NCBI GenBank assembly: GCA_016185845.1
Contig: JACPMV010000046.1
Span: 1-56,374, forward strand
Direction of reading: 5' to 3'
DNA from: Candidatus Woesearchaeota archaeon
GTDB taxonomy: Archaea; Nanobdellota; Nanobdellia; Woesearchaeales; GW2011-AR4
DNA length: 56,374 bases
Shown here piece by piece: positions 34,902-44,690 of this stretch. Position numbers and translations under genes: made by a program. Within the stretch, counting starts at the first letter, position 1; the number at the start of each line of letters is the position of its first letter. The notes under the pieces were generated by a model. That model was given only the letters and a program-made list of their open reading frames with translations, was not told the DNA's origin and ran no database searches.

Positions 34902-35682
34902 AGCACTCAGGATGAATAGCTTCAGCCAATTTTTCAGCTCCGATTGCCAGTCTTGGCCCCGGCCTGTTTAATAAAGAATCATCAAAAACAAAGACTTTGT
35001 CATTTTGAACCGCGCTTAAATTCTGCCAGCCCTCTCTTTTTGTTATCCATTCTTTTGGGGCTTTGTCGGCCATGCCGCATATCGAGATTATTATTATTTC
35101 GGGGTCATATTTTTGTATTTGCTCTGTTGAAACTTCTTTGCTATGCACGCCTGCATTTATCAAGCTGTAATCTCCTCCGGCAATCTTCACTAAATTCGGA
35201 ACCCAGTTTCCCGAAACAGTAGGCGGCTTGTGCCATTCCTCAATGTAGGCTCTGGGCTTGTTTTTTATTTTTTTATTTTTAATATGATTTTGTATTTTGT
35301 TTTCAATTTCACTGAATCTACTTTTCATTGAATTAACTAATCTGCCTGCTTCTTTATCTTTATTAACCAATCTCCCTATTTCGGCTATTGAATCAAAAAC
35401 CCCTTTTAACGTTGTGGGCATCAAGGCAACAATATTCATCTTTGATTTTTTATATCTTGAAGTTATTTTATTCTGCACAAATGTAGAAGTCAAAATCAAG
35501 TCAGGATTGTAGCTTTTGACCAGCTCGTCATTTATGTCAAGCCAGCCCCCTATCCTTGGCTTTTTATTTGCATCTTCCGGAAAATCACAGTATCTTGTGG
35601 CAGCGGCTAATCTGTCCTGAGCGCCTAAAGCATAAAGAATTTCAGTGTTGCTCGGTGCCAGGGAAATAATTCTTCGGTACAT
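34858..35682 (-). CDS. BtuF/FhuD-type (class III) substrate-binding protein, cobalamin/iron-chelate family, with no signal peptide
   Basis: IISLAPSNTEILYALGAQDRL, YNPDLILT and DSLLNRPGPRL are typical of the Peripla_BP_2 family. The protein starts MYRRIISL with no hydrophobic leader. Confidence 0.7.
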   Translation of the reverse strand: MYRRIISLAPSNTEILYALGAQDRLAAATRYCDFPEDANKKPRIGGWLDINDELVKSYNPDLILTSTFVQNKITSRYKKSKMNIVALMPTTLKGVFDSIAEIGRLVNKDKEAGRLVNSMKSRFSEIENKIQNHIKNKKIKNKPRAYIEEWHKPPTVSGNWVPNLVKIAGGDYSLINAGVHSKEVSTEQIQKYDPEIIIISICGMADKAPKEWITKREGWQNLSAVQNDKVFVFDDSLLNRPGPRLAIGAEKLAEAIHPECFSERAAVITQEQLA

Positions 35683-35691
35683 AAGATTATG

Positions 35692-36108
35692 TCACTCTAT
35701 TCTTTCTATGTAGGGAAATTTATCAAAATCCGAGTCAAAGCTGGCTACATTTTTAACTCCGAATTTTTTGGCTAATGCAATAATGGTGCAGTCAGTAAAG
35801 CTTAATCTGCTTGTTTTTTTAAAATTTTCCCATGACTGCAAAAATATTTCCTCATCAATATTAAACCTTTCTATAGTTGGATCGCTTAAAAGAGCATCAC
35901 CAATTTCATTTATCTTATCATCAGGGATGGATTTAGCTCTGAGAAATGTTACTAGTTCATCAAATATATAATCAGAAATAAAGCACTGGCCAAATTCCTT
36001 ATTTTTAATTTTGGATTTCAACGCTAATGCGTTCTCATGCTTATGGTCTCCTGAATCATTTAGAGCGATTAGAAAAGAAGTATTCAAAATTAAACTCAAG
36101 TTTTCCAC
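35692..36108 (-). CDS. vapC: PIN-domain toxin (VapC-like)
   Basis: Acidic PIN residues are in context (LNTSFLIALND, DYIFDELV, FTDCTIIA, SFDSDF). Confidence 0.75.
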   Translation of the reverse strand: MENLSLILNTSFLIALNDSGDHKHENALALKSKIKNKEFGQCFISDYIFDELVTFLRAKSIPDDKINEIGDALLSDPTIERFNIDEEIFLQSWENFKKTSRLSFTDCTIIALAKKFGVKNVASFDSDFDKFPYIERIE

Positions 36109-36362
36109 CCATACAGCACTTCATCCACTTTTGTGCTTAAAATTCCAGCGTCCTTTCCTTCAAATTTAAATGGCTTCAAATCCCAAAAGCTCCTGCCTTT
36201 TTTTGTTTTTTTAGTTTCTTTATCATGCAGCCATCTCTCTAAAGCAAGGTTCATAGCTTCACCCATAGTCAGGCCTTCCTTGACGGCTTCCACCTTCAGC
36301 TCTCTCCACAAACTTTGGTTTACATCTCTTACTGTTATCAGTTTTGTCATATATGTAAACAT
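36096..36362 (-). CDS. vapB: RHH-type antitoxin (VapB-like)
   Basis: ITVRDVNQSLWRELKVEAVKEGLTMGEAMNLALERWL. Overlaps the PIN gene by 13 nt. Confidence 0.65.
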   Translation of the reverse strand: MFTYMTKLITVRDVNQSLWRELKVEAVKEGLTMGEAMNLALERWLHDKETKKTKKGRSFWDLKPFKFEGKDAGILSTKVDEVLYGWKT

Positions 36363-36443
36363 GTATTACAAGTTATATTTAAATCTTTCTAGTTATTTTC
36401 TTAGAAATCTTCCACAATAAATTGAATTGCTTTTTGATTAACT

Positions 36444-37181
36444 TTATCCCCACACATCCGTTTTAATCTGCTCCCTTTTGACGCCCATTGCTTTAAGCAG
36501 CCCCATTATATCATTGACAAATTCCCTTGACCCGCACAGAAAATACATATTTTCAGAAGCATTTTCAATATTCTCTTCCAAAAGAACTAAGTCAATTCTT
36601 CCCCTTCCCCCCTTCCAGTTTTGATTTTCCTCGTCTCTTGTAACAGTAACAACATGGTCAAAGTTTTGGTTGGCAGCCTTAAGCCTTTCAAGCTCATTTT
36701 TGTAAATTATTTCATCTGCAGCCTTTACGCTGTAAATAAGCTTTATTTTATTGCCGAGATTTTTATCCGTGCAATGCCTTATGATGCCAATCAGCGGTGT
36801 GATTCCTACACCGCCTCCAATCAGCACAAGGCTATTCTTCATTTCTTCGCTGAAATAAAATTTTCCGTAAGGCCCCTTGAATTTCAGCAGGTCACCGGGC
36901 TTTAATCCAAACATCTTTGCCGTGAAAGGACCGACTTTATTCAAGGCGATTTCAAGATATCTCTTTTGCTGGGGGGAAGAGGCGATTGAGTATGCCCTGG
37001 CTGTTTTTATCTCAGGATCATTTGGAAAAGAGACCATAAAAAACTGCCCCGGATAAAAATTTATTTCAGAGTTGGCAGGCAATTCCATCTTGAAAGATTT
37101 CACTGTAGCGGTTTCATCAATTATCTCGGATACGCCAAGAACCATGTCCTTTATCTGTTGCGGCTGCTGCATAAAAATCAT
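36444..37181 (-). CDS. FNR-family FAD/NAD(P)H oxidoreductase
   Basis: RAYSIASSP (RxYS FAD motif) and [11 protein letters not shown] (NAD(P) binding). 4-nt overlap with bcp. Confidence 0.75.
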   Translation of the reverse strand: MIFMQQPQQIKDMVLGVSEIIDETATVKSFKMELPANSEINFYPGQFFMVSFPNDPEIKTARAYSIASSPQQKRYLEIALNKVGPFTAKMFGLKPGDLLKFKGPYGKFYFSEEMKNSLVLIGGGVGITPLIGIIRHCTDKNLGNKIKLIYSVKAADEIIYKNELERLKAANQNFDHVVTVTRDEENQNWKGGRGRIDLVLLEENIENASENMYFLCGSREFVNDIMGLLKAMGVKREQIKTDVWG

Positions 37182-37639
37182 TTAACGGCATGCAGCACTT
37201 CCTCTATGTGCTGCTCCGGATTTACCCTGTAAAATATCTTTTTTATCCTGCCTTCTTCGTCAATCACGAAAGTTGACCTTGTTATCCCCCAGTATCTGTT
37301 GCCGAATTTTTCCTTTTCCTCGTAAACTCCATAATCCCCTGAAACTTTTTTATCTGTATCAGCCAGCAGCCTGAAATTAAGATGGTATTTGCTTTTGAAT
37401 TTAGTATGCGATTCAGCATCATCATTGCTTACCCCGAGCACCTCGACATTGCTTCTGTCCAGCCTGTTCATATTATCCCTGAAATCGCAGGCTTCTTTTG
37501 TGCAGCCGGGAGTATCATCCTTTGGGTAGAAATAAAGAACGACCTTTTTCCCCCTGAAATCCGATAATTTTATTTTATTGCCTTCCGAATCCTCCAGAGC
37601 AAAATCCGGAGCCTTGTCGCCTTCTTTTAGAGTTATCAT
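37178..37639 (-). CDS. bcp: Peroxiredoxin, Bcp/PrxQ type
   Basis: [15 protein letters not shown] active-site motif. Confidence 0.85.
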   Translation of the reverse strand: MITLKEGDKAPDFALEDSEGNKIKLSDFRGKKVVLYFYPKDDTPGCTKEACDFRDNMNRLDRSNVEVLGVSNDDAESHTKFKSKYHLNFRLLADTDKKVSGDYGVYEEKEKFGNRYWGITRSTFVIDEEGRIKKIFYRVNPEQHIEEVLHAVK

Positions 37640-37684
37640 AAAACCGCCTGAAAAATAATAATGCTTGCTTATTTAAAAATTTAT

Positions 37685-38614
37685 TCACCAGTCCAGAATT
37701 GCCCCTTTTCCTCCGGTAAGCCACCTGTAGCATTCCAAGGCTGCTTTTGAGCCGTCTCCTGCAGCAATTACTGTCTGCTTGTACGGAACCGGAGTTATGT
37801 CGCCTGCTGCAAAAATTCCCGGATGGGATGTATTGCCTCTTTCATCAACAATTATCTCCTTTTTGTCATTCACCTTTACAAGATGCTGCACGAAAGAAGT
37901 GTCGACAACATACCCTATTTCTATGAATATCCCGTCAACTTTCAGGGTTCTTCTATCTTTTGTGGCCATGTTCTCAACTTCCATCCCGTCAACGTTCTTG
38001 TCGCCAATTACTTTTGTCCCAACACTGTTTAGGACCAGTTCGATATTGGGATTATTCTTCAGTTTTTCAACTGTGATTTCATCAGCCCTGAAAGTGTCCC
38101 TCCTGTGGACAAGATAAACTTTTTTTGCTATTGTTGCAAGCTCCAAAGCGCCTTCAACAGCCGAATTTCCGCCCCCAATCACTGCTGTTTCCCTGTTCTT
38201 GTACAATGGGGCATCGCAGGTAACGCATGTTGAAACCCCCCTTCCGAAGAATTTTTCCTCATTTTCAATCCCCAGGCTTCTTGGAACTTTTCCGTATGCA
38301 AGGATCAGGGCTTTGCATTCATACTCTTCCCCGTTTGCAAGGCCTACTTTAAACCCCTTTTCGGTTTTATCAACTTTATTTGCCTTTCCCATTATTATCT
38401 CAGCGCCAAAGCCAATCGCCTCATTTTGGAAGCGCTGCATGAGCTCAGGGCCGCTCATAGGTCCTGTTCCCGGATAATTCTCAATATGGTTGGTGAGGTT
38501 TGTCTGCCCGCCTACATCTATGCTTAGGATTGCTGTATTTAGCTTTTTTCTGCATGTATAAACTGCGGCAGTCAGCCCAGCAGCTCCTGCCCCAACAATT
38601 ATGACGTCGTACAT
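37685..38614 (-). CDS. trxB: Thioredoxin-disulfide reductase
   Basis: GAGAAGLTAAVY (FAD), redox-active CVTCDAPLY, GGGNSAVEGA (NADPH) and GIFAAGD. Confidence 0.9.
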   Translation of the reverse strand: MYDVIIVGAGAAGLTAAVYTCRKKLNTAILSIDVGGQTNLTNHIENYPGTGPMSGPELMQRFQNEAIGFGAEIIMGKANKVDKTEKGFKVGLANGEEYECKALILAYGKVPRSLGIENEEKFFGRGVSTCVTCDAPLYKNRETAVIGGGNSAVEGALELATIAKKVYLVHRRDTFRADEITVEKLKNNPNIELVLNSVGTKVIGDKNVDGMEVENMATKDRRTLKVDGIFIEIGYVVDTSFVQHLVKVNDKKEIIVDERGNTSHPGIFAAGDITPVPYKQTVIAAGDGSKAALECYRWLTGGKGAILDW

Positions 38615-38666
38615 GAAGTTTAGAAATTAACAGCGTTTTAAAAAGGTTGCGAAAAATATTTTCTAT

Positions 38667-39056
38667 TTAATCCCCAATGTAAACAATCTTTTTCATGTTT
38701 TTGAAATGTTCGTCCCCGCTAATTAGCATGCAATTCAATTCATTTTGCTTCGCAACTAATATTGCATCAATTAGCCCAAAATCTTTTACTTTTTTTCTGA
38801 TTTCATGCTTTGCTTCCGCAGCTTTCAGCCAAATATCAGCTTGCACAGGCAGCATAATGGAATTTTTATTTATGATATCCTTAATGCGGCCAAAATCGCT
38901 GTTTGTTCTCAGGCAATAACTCTTCACTTCGCTTAAAGTGCATTCCATAGTTATGAATTTATGATTTTTGTTGCCCAGCAATTTTTTTAATTTCAATCCA
39001 CCGTTTGAACCTACAAAATACTCTATCCAAGCCCATGAGTCAACTATAAACATCAT
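38667..39056 (-). CDS. vapC: PIN-domain toxin (VapC-like)
   Basis: FIVDSWAWIEY, LSEV, LIDAILVA and ISGDEHF are PIN acidic positions. Confidence 0.75.
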   Translation of the reverse strand: MMFIVDSWAWIEYFVGSNGGLKLKKLLGNKNHKFITMECTLSEVKSYCLRTNSDFGRIKDIINKNSIMLPVQADIWLKAAEAKHEIRKKVKDFGLIDAILVAKQNELNCMLISGDEHFKNMKKIVYIGD

Positions 39057-39256
39057 TAGAAGTCGCTGTCCCCCTTGTCTTCTCTGCTGAATTTGGGCGC
39101 ACCCTTTAGAATTCCAAATCCATCAATTCTTTTTTCCTTGGATATGTCCACTTTTACGATATCCCCTTCGTTTAAATCTTCCTGCTTAGTTATTTCCTTT
39201 GGAATTATCATGGCAAGGGAATTGCCCCACTTCCTGATTTTAGTTTCGGTTATCAT
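39056..39256 (-). CDS. vapB: AbrB/SpoVT/MazE-type antitoxin
   Basis: KIRKWGNSLAMIIPKEI swapped-hairpin motif. 1-nt overlap with the PIN gene. Confidence 0.75.
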   Translation of the reverse strand: MITETKIRKWGNSLAMIIPKEITKQEDLNEGDIVKVDISKEKRIDGFGILKGAPKFSREDKGDSDF

Positions 39257-39321
39257 CTTATATCACCTTTAAGTATCATTAATGATACATGGAAGTATAA
39301 CTAATATATAAAGCTTTGGCT

Positions 39322-40257
39322 TTATAGTGTTGTTATGGGCCTTGCCTGAAGAATGTAAACTTTGCCGTCAATCGCCCATTCAATGTCCATTGGCTTTTTA
39401 TAATGATTTTCTATATTTAATGATTCTTTTATCAGCTGATTTATCTCTTTTTTATTTAATGTTTTTTCGTTTGCTTTTTTAGTGTTTAACTTTATTGTTT
39501 TATTTTTTCCATTCTGCCTTACTATTGCTATTTTTTTCTCATTTATTGTTTCTTTTATAACCTCATGTTCATTTTTATCAATTAAAAAATTATCCGGTGT
39601 TACCATTCCTGAGACAATTGACTCGCCTAACCCAAAAGCAGCCTCGATAATCATTTCATTTTTATTCTTAGTAACTGGATTTATGGTAAATATAACTCCT
39701 GATTTTTTAGCATCAATCATTTCCTGAATAACAATAGCCATTTTTGGCTCATGGTTGAATTTATTGCTATCTCTGTAAATTATAGCTCTCGAAGTATAGA
39801 AAGAAGCCCAGCATTCTTTTATATATTTTAACAAATCTTTTTCTCCCTTTACGTTCAAAAAAGTGGCCTGCTGCCCTGCAAAGCTTGCTTCCTGCAAATC
39901 CTCGGCAACTGCAGAGCTTCTAACAGCCACAAACCCATTTAATTTTTTATAATTTTTAACTACTTCATTTTGCATTTCTGGTGAAATTATTGATTTTATA
40001 ATCAGATTTCTTATCTGTTTAGATAAAAATTCAGTTTTTTCTAAATCATTCACATCAACTTTTTCAACAAGCGAAACTATTCTTTCTTTTATTCTTGCAG
40101 ACTCAAGAAATATTTCAAATACAGAAACGATGATGCAGAAGCCATCTGGAATGGGGAATCTGGAAAACATCTCTCCGAGATTTGCGCCTTTGCCGCCTAC
40201 GGTAGAAATATCTTTCTTCTTTACATCTTTAAGCCATTTGATAAAATGCGAAGTCAT
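39322..40257 (-). CDS. PEP/pyruvate-utilising enzyme, ATP-grasp (PPDK_N) domain only
   Basis: VGGKGANLGEM, AVRSSAVAEDL and FAGQQATFLNV are the N-terminal nucleotide-binding motifs of PEP synthase/PPDK. Confidence 0.75.
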   Translation of the reverse strand: MTSHFIKWLKDVKKKDISTVGGKGANLGEMFSRFPIPDGFCIIVSVFEIFLESARIKERIVSLVEKVDVNDLEKTEFLSKQIRNLIIKSIISPEMQNEVVKNYKKLNGFVAVRSSAVAEDLQEASFAGQQATFLNVKGEKDLLKYIKECWASFYTSRAIIYRDSNKFNHEPKMAIVIQEMIDAKKSGVIFTINPVTKNKNEMIIEAAFGLGESIVSGMVTPDNFLIDKNEHEVIKETINEKKIAIVRQNGKNKTIKLNTKKANEKTLNKKEINQLIKESLNIENHYKKPMDIEWAIDGKVYILQARPITTL

Positions 40258-40282
40258 GTTAGGAAATAGATTATAGCCCTAT

Positions 40283-41689
40283 TTAAGCCTTTTTCATTAC
40301 CTTTACAGTCCCGCTATTGGCATCAACCTCAACAACATCTCCATTCTGCAATGTTTTTGTCGCATTTTTTGTCCCAACTACGCATGGAATCCCAATCTCT
40401 CTTGAGACAATCGCGGCATGGCTTGTCACTCCTCCTTCATCTGTGACTATTGCGCTTGCTTTCTGCATCGCTGGAACATAGTCTGGATGGGTTGTTACTG
40501 CAACTAAAATATCCCCTTTCATAACATTTGGCAGGTCCTTGACACCCTTAACTATCGCCACTTTCCCATGCGCAAAACCTCTTGAAGCAGGGGTGCCTTG
40601 CAGATTAACATTTATTGATTCTTTCATTAGGCCAAGCGCCATTAAACCATCATTAATTTGTTCTCCGTTCAGGCAAATTATATCTCTCTTATTATCATAC
40701 ATTATTATAAATCCCTTTTTTCTTGACTCAATCAAGCCTTTGTCCGCTTTTAGCCTTTGTAGCAAGCATTTCTTTATCTCGTCTTCTCGCAAATAAGCCA
40801 TATCATGAATTTCCACTCCCAGCCTGTTTGACAATTCTTTAAAGAGGGAGCTTTGAATGTAGAAAATGCCCTTTCTCCTGAAATCGTCCCTCAAATCCTT
40901 TATATACGCAAAAAGCTTTGCCGTGTCTAACACTTTTCTTTCTTCTTTATTTACGTTCAATTGCTTTAGTGCTTCGCTGTAACTCATTCTGGCTTTTTGG
41001 GTATTTTTTCTGAAATCCTTCAGATGATCATTGAACTCTTCAAAAGCCCATGGCTTGTTATGTATATCCAGGCATGGAATCCACTTGTATTTGCTGTAAA
41101 GATTCTTTATAACCTTCTTATTCAATTTCTTTGTGCTTACAGTATAGGTAAGCTCCAGAATTGATGCTCTTTTTATAGGAGTTAGGGCAGCATCCAAGTA
41201 ATCATGAAGCTTTTCGCTTGTCGCTGCCTTTTTCTCAATAAGTTTTCTGGCTCTTTCAGCAGCGAATTCGTTAAGGAAGTATGCCCCCCATATGAAAAAA
41301 GTATAGCGTACGCAGATTTTCTGATACTGGTCATATACTTTTGCCAACTCATTGGCCCTTTTTTTCGACAGGTTAATTTTTGATATTTTTTTGCAATAAT
41401 CAACATACTGGTTTCCAGTCTTTACAAATAATCTATAAAATCCCCGGGAATCTTTTATTACATATCTCTTATTGATTGCATCAAGAAATTTGTTCCATTT
41501 ATTCTCATCAGCATAGCATACCTGGTTGTTATCTTCAGGAACATATGCCTGCTCATAAAAAGTGACTGGCGACAAGTCCTTTACTTCATCGCTTAATGAG
41601 CGCAAAGAAATTTCTGTATATTGGACTGCATATTCTCTGCTAAACAGATTCTTCCACTTGGCTTTTGGATTAATTGGTTTTATTTCCAT
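40283..41689 (-). CDS. Protein with a C-terminal PEP-utilising swivel phosphohistidine domain and an unassigned roughly 350-aa N-region
   Basis: DILVAVTTHPDYVPAMQKASAIVTDEGGVTSHAAIVSREIGIPCVVG is the mobile-domain signature, including the catalytic His. Confidence 0.75.
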   Translation of the reverse strand: MEIKPINPKAKWKNLFSREYAVQYTEISLRSLSDEVKDLSPVTFYEQAYVPEDNNQVCYADENKWNKFLDAINKRYVIKDSRGFYRLFVKTGNQYVDYCKKISKINLSKKRANELAKVYDQYQKICVRYTFFIWGAYFLNEFAAERARKLIEKKAATSEKLHDYLDAALTPIKRASILELTYTVSTKKLNKKVIKNLYSKYKWIPCLDIHNKPWAFEEFNDHLKDFRKNTQKARMSYSEALKQLNVNKEERKVLDTAKLFAYIKDLRDDFRRKGIFYIQSSLFKELSNRLGVEIHDMAYLREDEIKKCLLQRLKADKGLIESRKKGFIIMYDNKRDIICLNGEQINDGLMALGLMKESINVNLQGTPASRGFAHGKVAIVKGVKDLPNVMKGDILVAVTTHPDYVPAMQKASAIVTDEGGVTSHAAIVSREIGIPCVVGTKNATKTLQNGDVVEVDANSGTVKVMKKA

Positions 41690-42299
41690 TTTTTATCTTC
41701 TTATCAATCTGTTTTATTATTGCTTCATATTTTTTTACAGGCCTCATGCCCATTTCCTTTCTCAATTTTATTATCCTCTTAAAATATTCTTTTGCAACTT
41801 TTGGCGGCTTATTGCCGGTGTAGTATCCCTCAACGTTATCATAAAGGAAGCAGTCTAAAGTATCTGCATCTTTCGCCAGCTCAACATAGGGGTTTTTTGT
41901 GTAAATGTGCTTGTCGCTGTGATGGAAAATAGCTTCTGAAATAATCTTTATCTCTTTTTCATTAAATTTTACTGTTGCCCTTAATATTTTTTCAGCTATT
42001 GGCGCTCCAAGATGGGCATGGTCTTTATATTTTCCTTTGACGATAACCTGTATATCATGCAAAGCACAAATCAGCTCTGCATACTCCTTGTTTAGCCTCC
42101 TTTTTTCGGCTAGAATCCTGCCAACCTGGACGCAGCCGCTTGAGTGCTTCAATTCAAAAACTTTTGAGCTTTCTCTTTCCTTATCTGTTAATTTGCTTTT
42201 TAGTATCAACTCTATAACTTTTCTTTGCACAAACTCTGACCTGTTCAGCTTGTTGCCCTTGAAATGATGATAGCCTTCATTTTTTCCCAAAATAACCAC
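41670..42299 (-). CDS. HD-domain phosphohydrolase
   Basis: H..(x)..ALHDI...HHSD...DADTLD fits the HD metal-ligand pattern. Confidence 0.65.
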   Translation of the reverse strand: MVILGKNEGYHHFKGNKLNRSEFVQRKVIELILKSKLTDKERESSKVFELKHSSGCVQVGRILAEKRRLNKEYAELICALHDIQVIVKGKYKDHAHLGAPIAEKILRATVKFNEKEIKIISEAIFHHSDKHIYTKNPYVELAKDADTLDCFLYDNVEGYYTGNKPPKVAKEYFKRIIKLRKEMGMRPVKKYEAIIKQIDKKIKNGNKTN

Positions 42300-42397
42300 C
42301 TTGCAATAACAATCAGCTAGTCCTATTTAAATTTTCCTACCCCCTTACTAGGGTATGAATAGAAAGATTTTTATAATATCCCGGTATAGGATACTGC

Positions 42398-43153
42398 ATG
42401 GAAATAGATGTATTGAAAGATTTAGGCCTTACAGATGGCGAAATAAGGGTTTACTTGGCATTGCTTGAGATAGGAACTTCCACGGCTGGCAGAATAATTG
42501 AGAAATCAAAAATATCACCCTCAAAAATTTATGATGTATTGAACAGGCTCATTGACAAGGGGCTGGTTAGCTACATAATTGAAGGCAAAACCAAGCATTT
42601 CAGAGCAGCACCGCCAAAGAATATCCTGCACTATATAGAAAGGAGAGAAAATGAATTGGTGCAGCACAAAAATGAATTCAGAAAAATAATTCCGTTGCTT
42701 GAGGCAAAAAAGAAAGCAGAAACCAGCGCCTTCAATGCTGAAATTTTTGAGGGGGTCAATGGTTTAATAACTGTTTTTGATATGTCTGTTGATGAGCTAA
42801 GGAAAGGAGATATCGCATATGCTTTTGGCTATCCTGCATATGCAAGCGAATTATTTGATGATTATTGGAGACAATATTATAAAAAATGCGACAGAAAAGG
42901 TATAATGAGAAAAGTTATTTTTGATTATGATGCTTGGTTCTTAAAAAAAAGGACTGGAAGAAAAATGTCCTATTACAGATATATGCCAAAAGGCATTGTT
43001 ACGCCGTCATGGGTTTTAATTTTTAATGATAAAGTTGCTACAGCTATAGTTACACCCGAACAAAAAGTATGTTTTCTTGTGCAAAACAAAGAAGTAGCAA
43101 AGAGCTATATCGGATATTTTAATCTGCTGTGGAAAAACGCGATACAGCCATAA
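42398..43153 (+). CDS. TrmB-family transcriptional regulator
   Basis: LGLTDGEIRVYLALLEIGTSTAGRIIEKSKISPSKIYDVLNRLIDKGLVSY. Confidence 0.8.
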   Translation: MEIDVLKDLGLTDGEIRVYLALLEIGTSTAGRIIEKSKISPSKIYDVLNRLIDKGLVSYIIEGKTKHFRAAPPKNILHYIERRENELVQHKNEFRKIIPLLEAKKKAETSAFNAEIFEGVNGLITVFDMSVDELRKGDIAYAFGYPAYASELFDDYWRQYYKKCDRKGIMRKVIFDYDAWFLKKRTGRKMSYYRYMPKGIVTPSWVLIFNDKVATAIVTPEQKVCFLVQNKEVAKSYIGYFNLLWKNAIQP

Positions 43154-43154
43154 T

Positions 43155-44651
43155 TCACTTCCACTCCCTCAGCATCTCCATCATCAGCCTTACAGCAGCC
43201 CCTGTCGCGCCTTTTGCCAGAATTCCCTTGTCCGCTTTGCTCCATACAGTCGTGCCTATATCAATATGCGCCCAGGGCACGTCATTTACAAAATTCTTAA
43301 GGAAAACAGCGCCTATTATGACTCCTGCTTCAGGGTCATCCGGTATGTTCTGTATGTCGGCCACATCGCTCTTTATTTTTTCCTCGTATTCCGGCCATAA
43401 AGGGAGCTCCCACACTTTTTCAAGGCTTTTTTCAGAGGCTTTTTTTATTTTTCCGCTTAATCCATCATCTGTGCTTAAAAAAGGAGTGCCTACAGAGCCC
43501 AAGACTACTGTGCTCGCGCCTGTCAGAGTTGCAAGGCAGATTATAGCTTCCGGCTTCATTTCCGCGGCATAGGCAAGTGCATCAGCAAGAATCAGCCTTC
43601 CTTCAGCATCTGTATTTTTTATTTCTACAGTCATCTTGTTGTACGCTGTTAATACATCATCCGGCCTGAATGCACCAGCATCTATCATATTCTCGCATAA
43701 GGGAGTAACAGCCACGACATTTACGGGCAGCTTCAGTTTGGCGCATGCTTCCATGGTGTGCATAGCCGCAATTGCCCCTCCCTTGTCATCTTTCATGTTA
43801 AGGATATAAGGATACGGCTTTACATTCAGTCCGCCGCTGTCAAAAGTTACCCCTTTTCCGACCAATGCAACCGGATTTTTGCCTTTGCCCGCGCCATTAT
43901 ATTCCAGAACCACGAGCCTTGGCTTGTTTACGCTGCCCTTTCCTACCGCAAAAAAGCATCCCATCTTCATCTTTTCAATCTGCCTGTCGTCAAAAACAGA
44001 GCACTTTAAGCCGGATTTTTTTGCAAGCTCTTTTGCGTAATTTGCAACATATTCGGGAGTCGCTACATTTGGCGGAGTATTCACCATATCCCTTGTTTTA
44101 TTTACTGCTTCTGCAGCAACAGAGGCGTATTTTAACTGATCCTGGAAATTTTTATTTGAATTTGTTACTATTGTTATCTGTTTAATTTTTTTTATCTTGT
44201 CTTTGTCTTTCGTCTTGTAGTCAATGAACTTATACAGCCCAATCAGGCAGCTTAATGCGGTTTTTTCAGCCAGTTCTTCATCGTTGAGCCTGCTGTTTTT
44301 GAATGACTCAAGGCATATGCTGAAGGTTTCAGTTGAATTATCCCTTAGACGCTTGGAAACGTCTGCTATTGTGTTTGACAATATGTATAAATCATATTTT
44401 TCCTCTTCACCTAATCCAACAAGAACAATATTTTTTATATTCCTGTTTGCAAAAATGCTTTTTAATTCGCCTTTCTCTGCCTTGAAGCTGTTCTTTTTTA
44501 TGCATTCGCTTATTATATTTTGGTATTCATTGTCCAGCTTTTTCAAATCGCCGGCTAAACTTGTTTTGTCCTTGAAGAAGCCTATCAATAATGCATTGTC
44601 CTTGATCTTGCTCAAATCAGATTTTGACACAGCTACAGAAGTTTTTTCCAT
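43155..44651 (-). CDS. pepA: Leucyl aminopeptidase (M17)
   Basis: NTDAEGRLILADAL signature, VGKGVTFDSGG and the other metal-ligand contexts. Confidence 0.9.
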   Translation of the reverse strand: MEKTSVAVSKSDLSKIKDNALLIGFFKDKTSLAGDLKKLDNEYQNIISECIKKNSFKAEKGELKSIFANRNIKNIVLVGLGEEEKYDLYILSNTIADVSKRLRDNSTETFSICLESFKNSRLNDEELAEKTALSCLIGLYKFIDYKTKDKDKIKKIKQITIVTNSNKNFQDQLKYASVAAEAVNKTRDMVNTPPNVATPEYVANYAKELAKKSGLKCSVFDDRQIEKMKMGCFFAVGKGSVNKPRLVVLEYNGAGKGKNPVALVGKGVTFDSGGLNVKPYPYILNMKDDKGGAIAAMHTMEACAKLKLPVNVVAVTPLCENMIDAGAFRPDDVLTAYNKMTVEIKNTDAEGRLILADALAYAAEMKPEAIICLATLTGASTVVLGSVGTPFLSTDDGLSGKIKKASEKSLEKVWELPLWPEYEEKIKSDVADIQNIPDDPEAGVIIGAVFLKNFVNDVPWAHIDIGTTVWSKADKGILAKGATGAAVRLMMEMLREWK

Positions 44652-44690
44652 AGAATTGATTATTTTGAGGTTATTTATTAAGCTTTTTGT

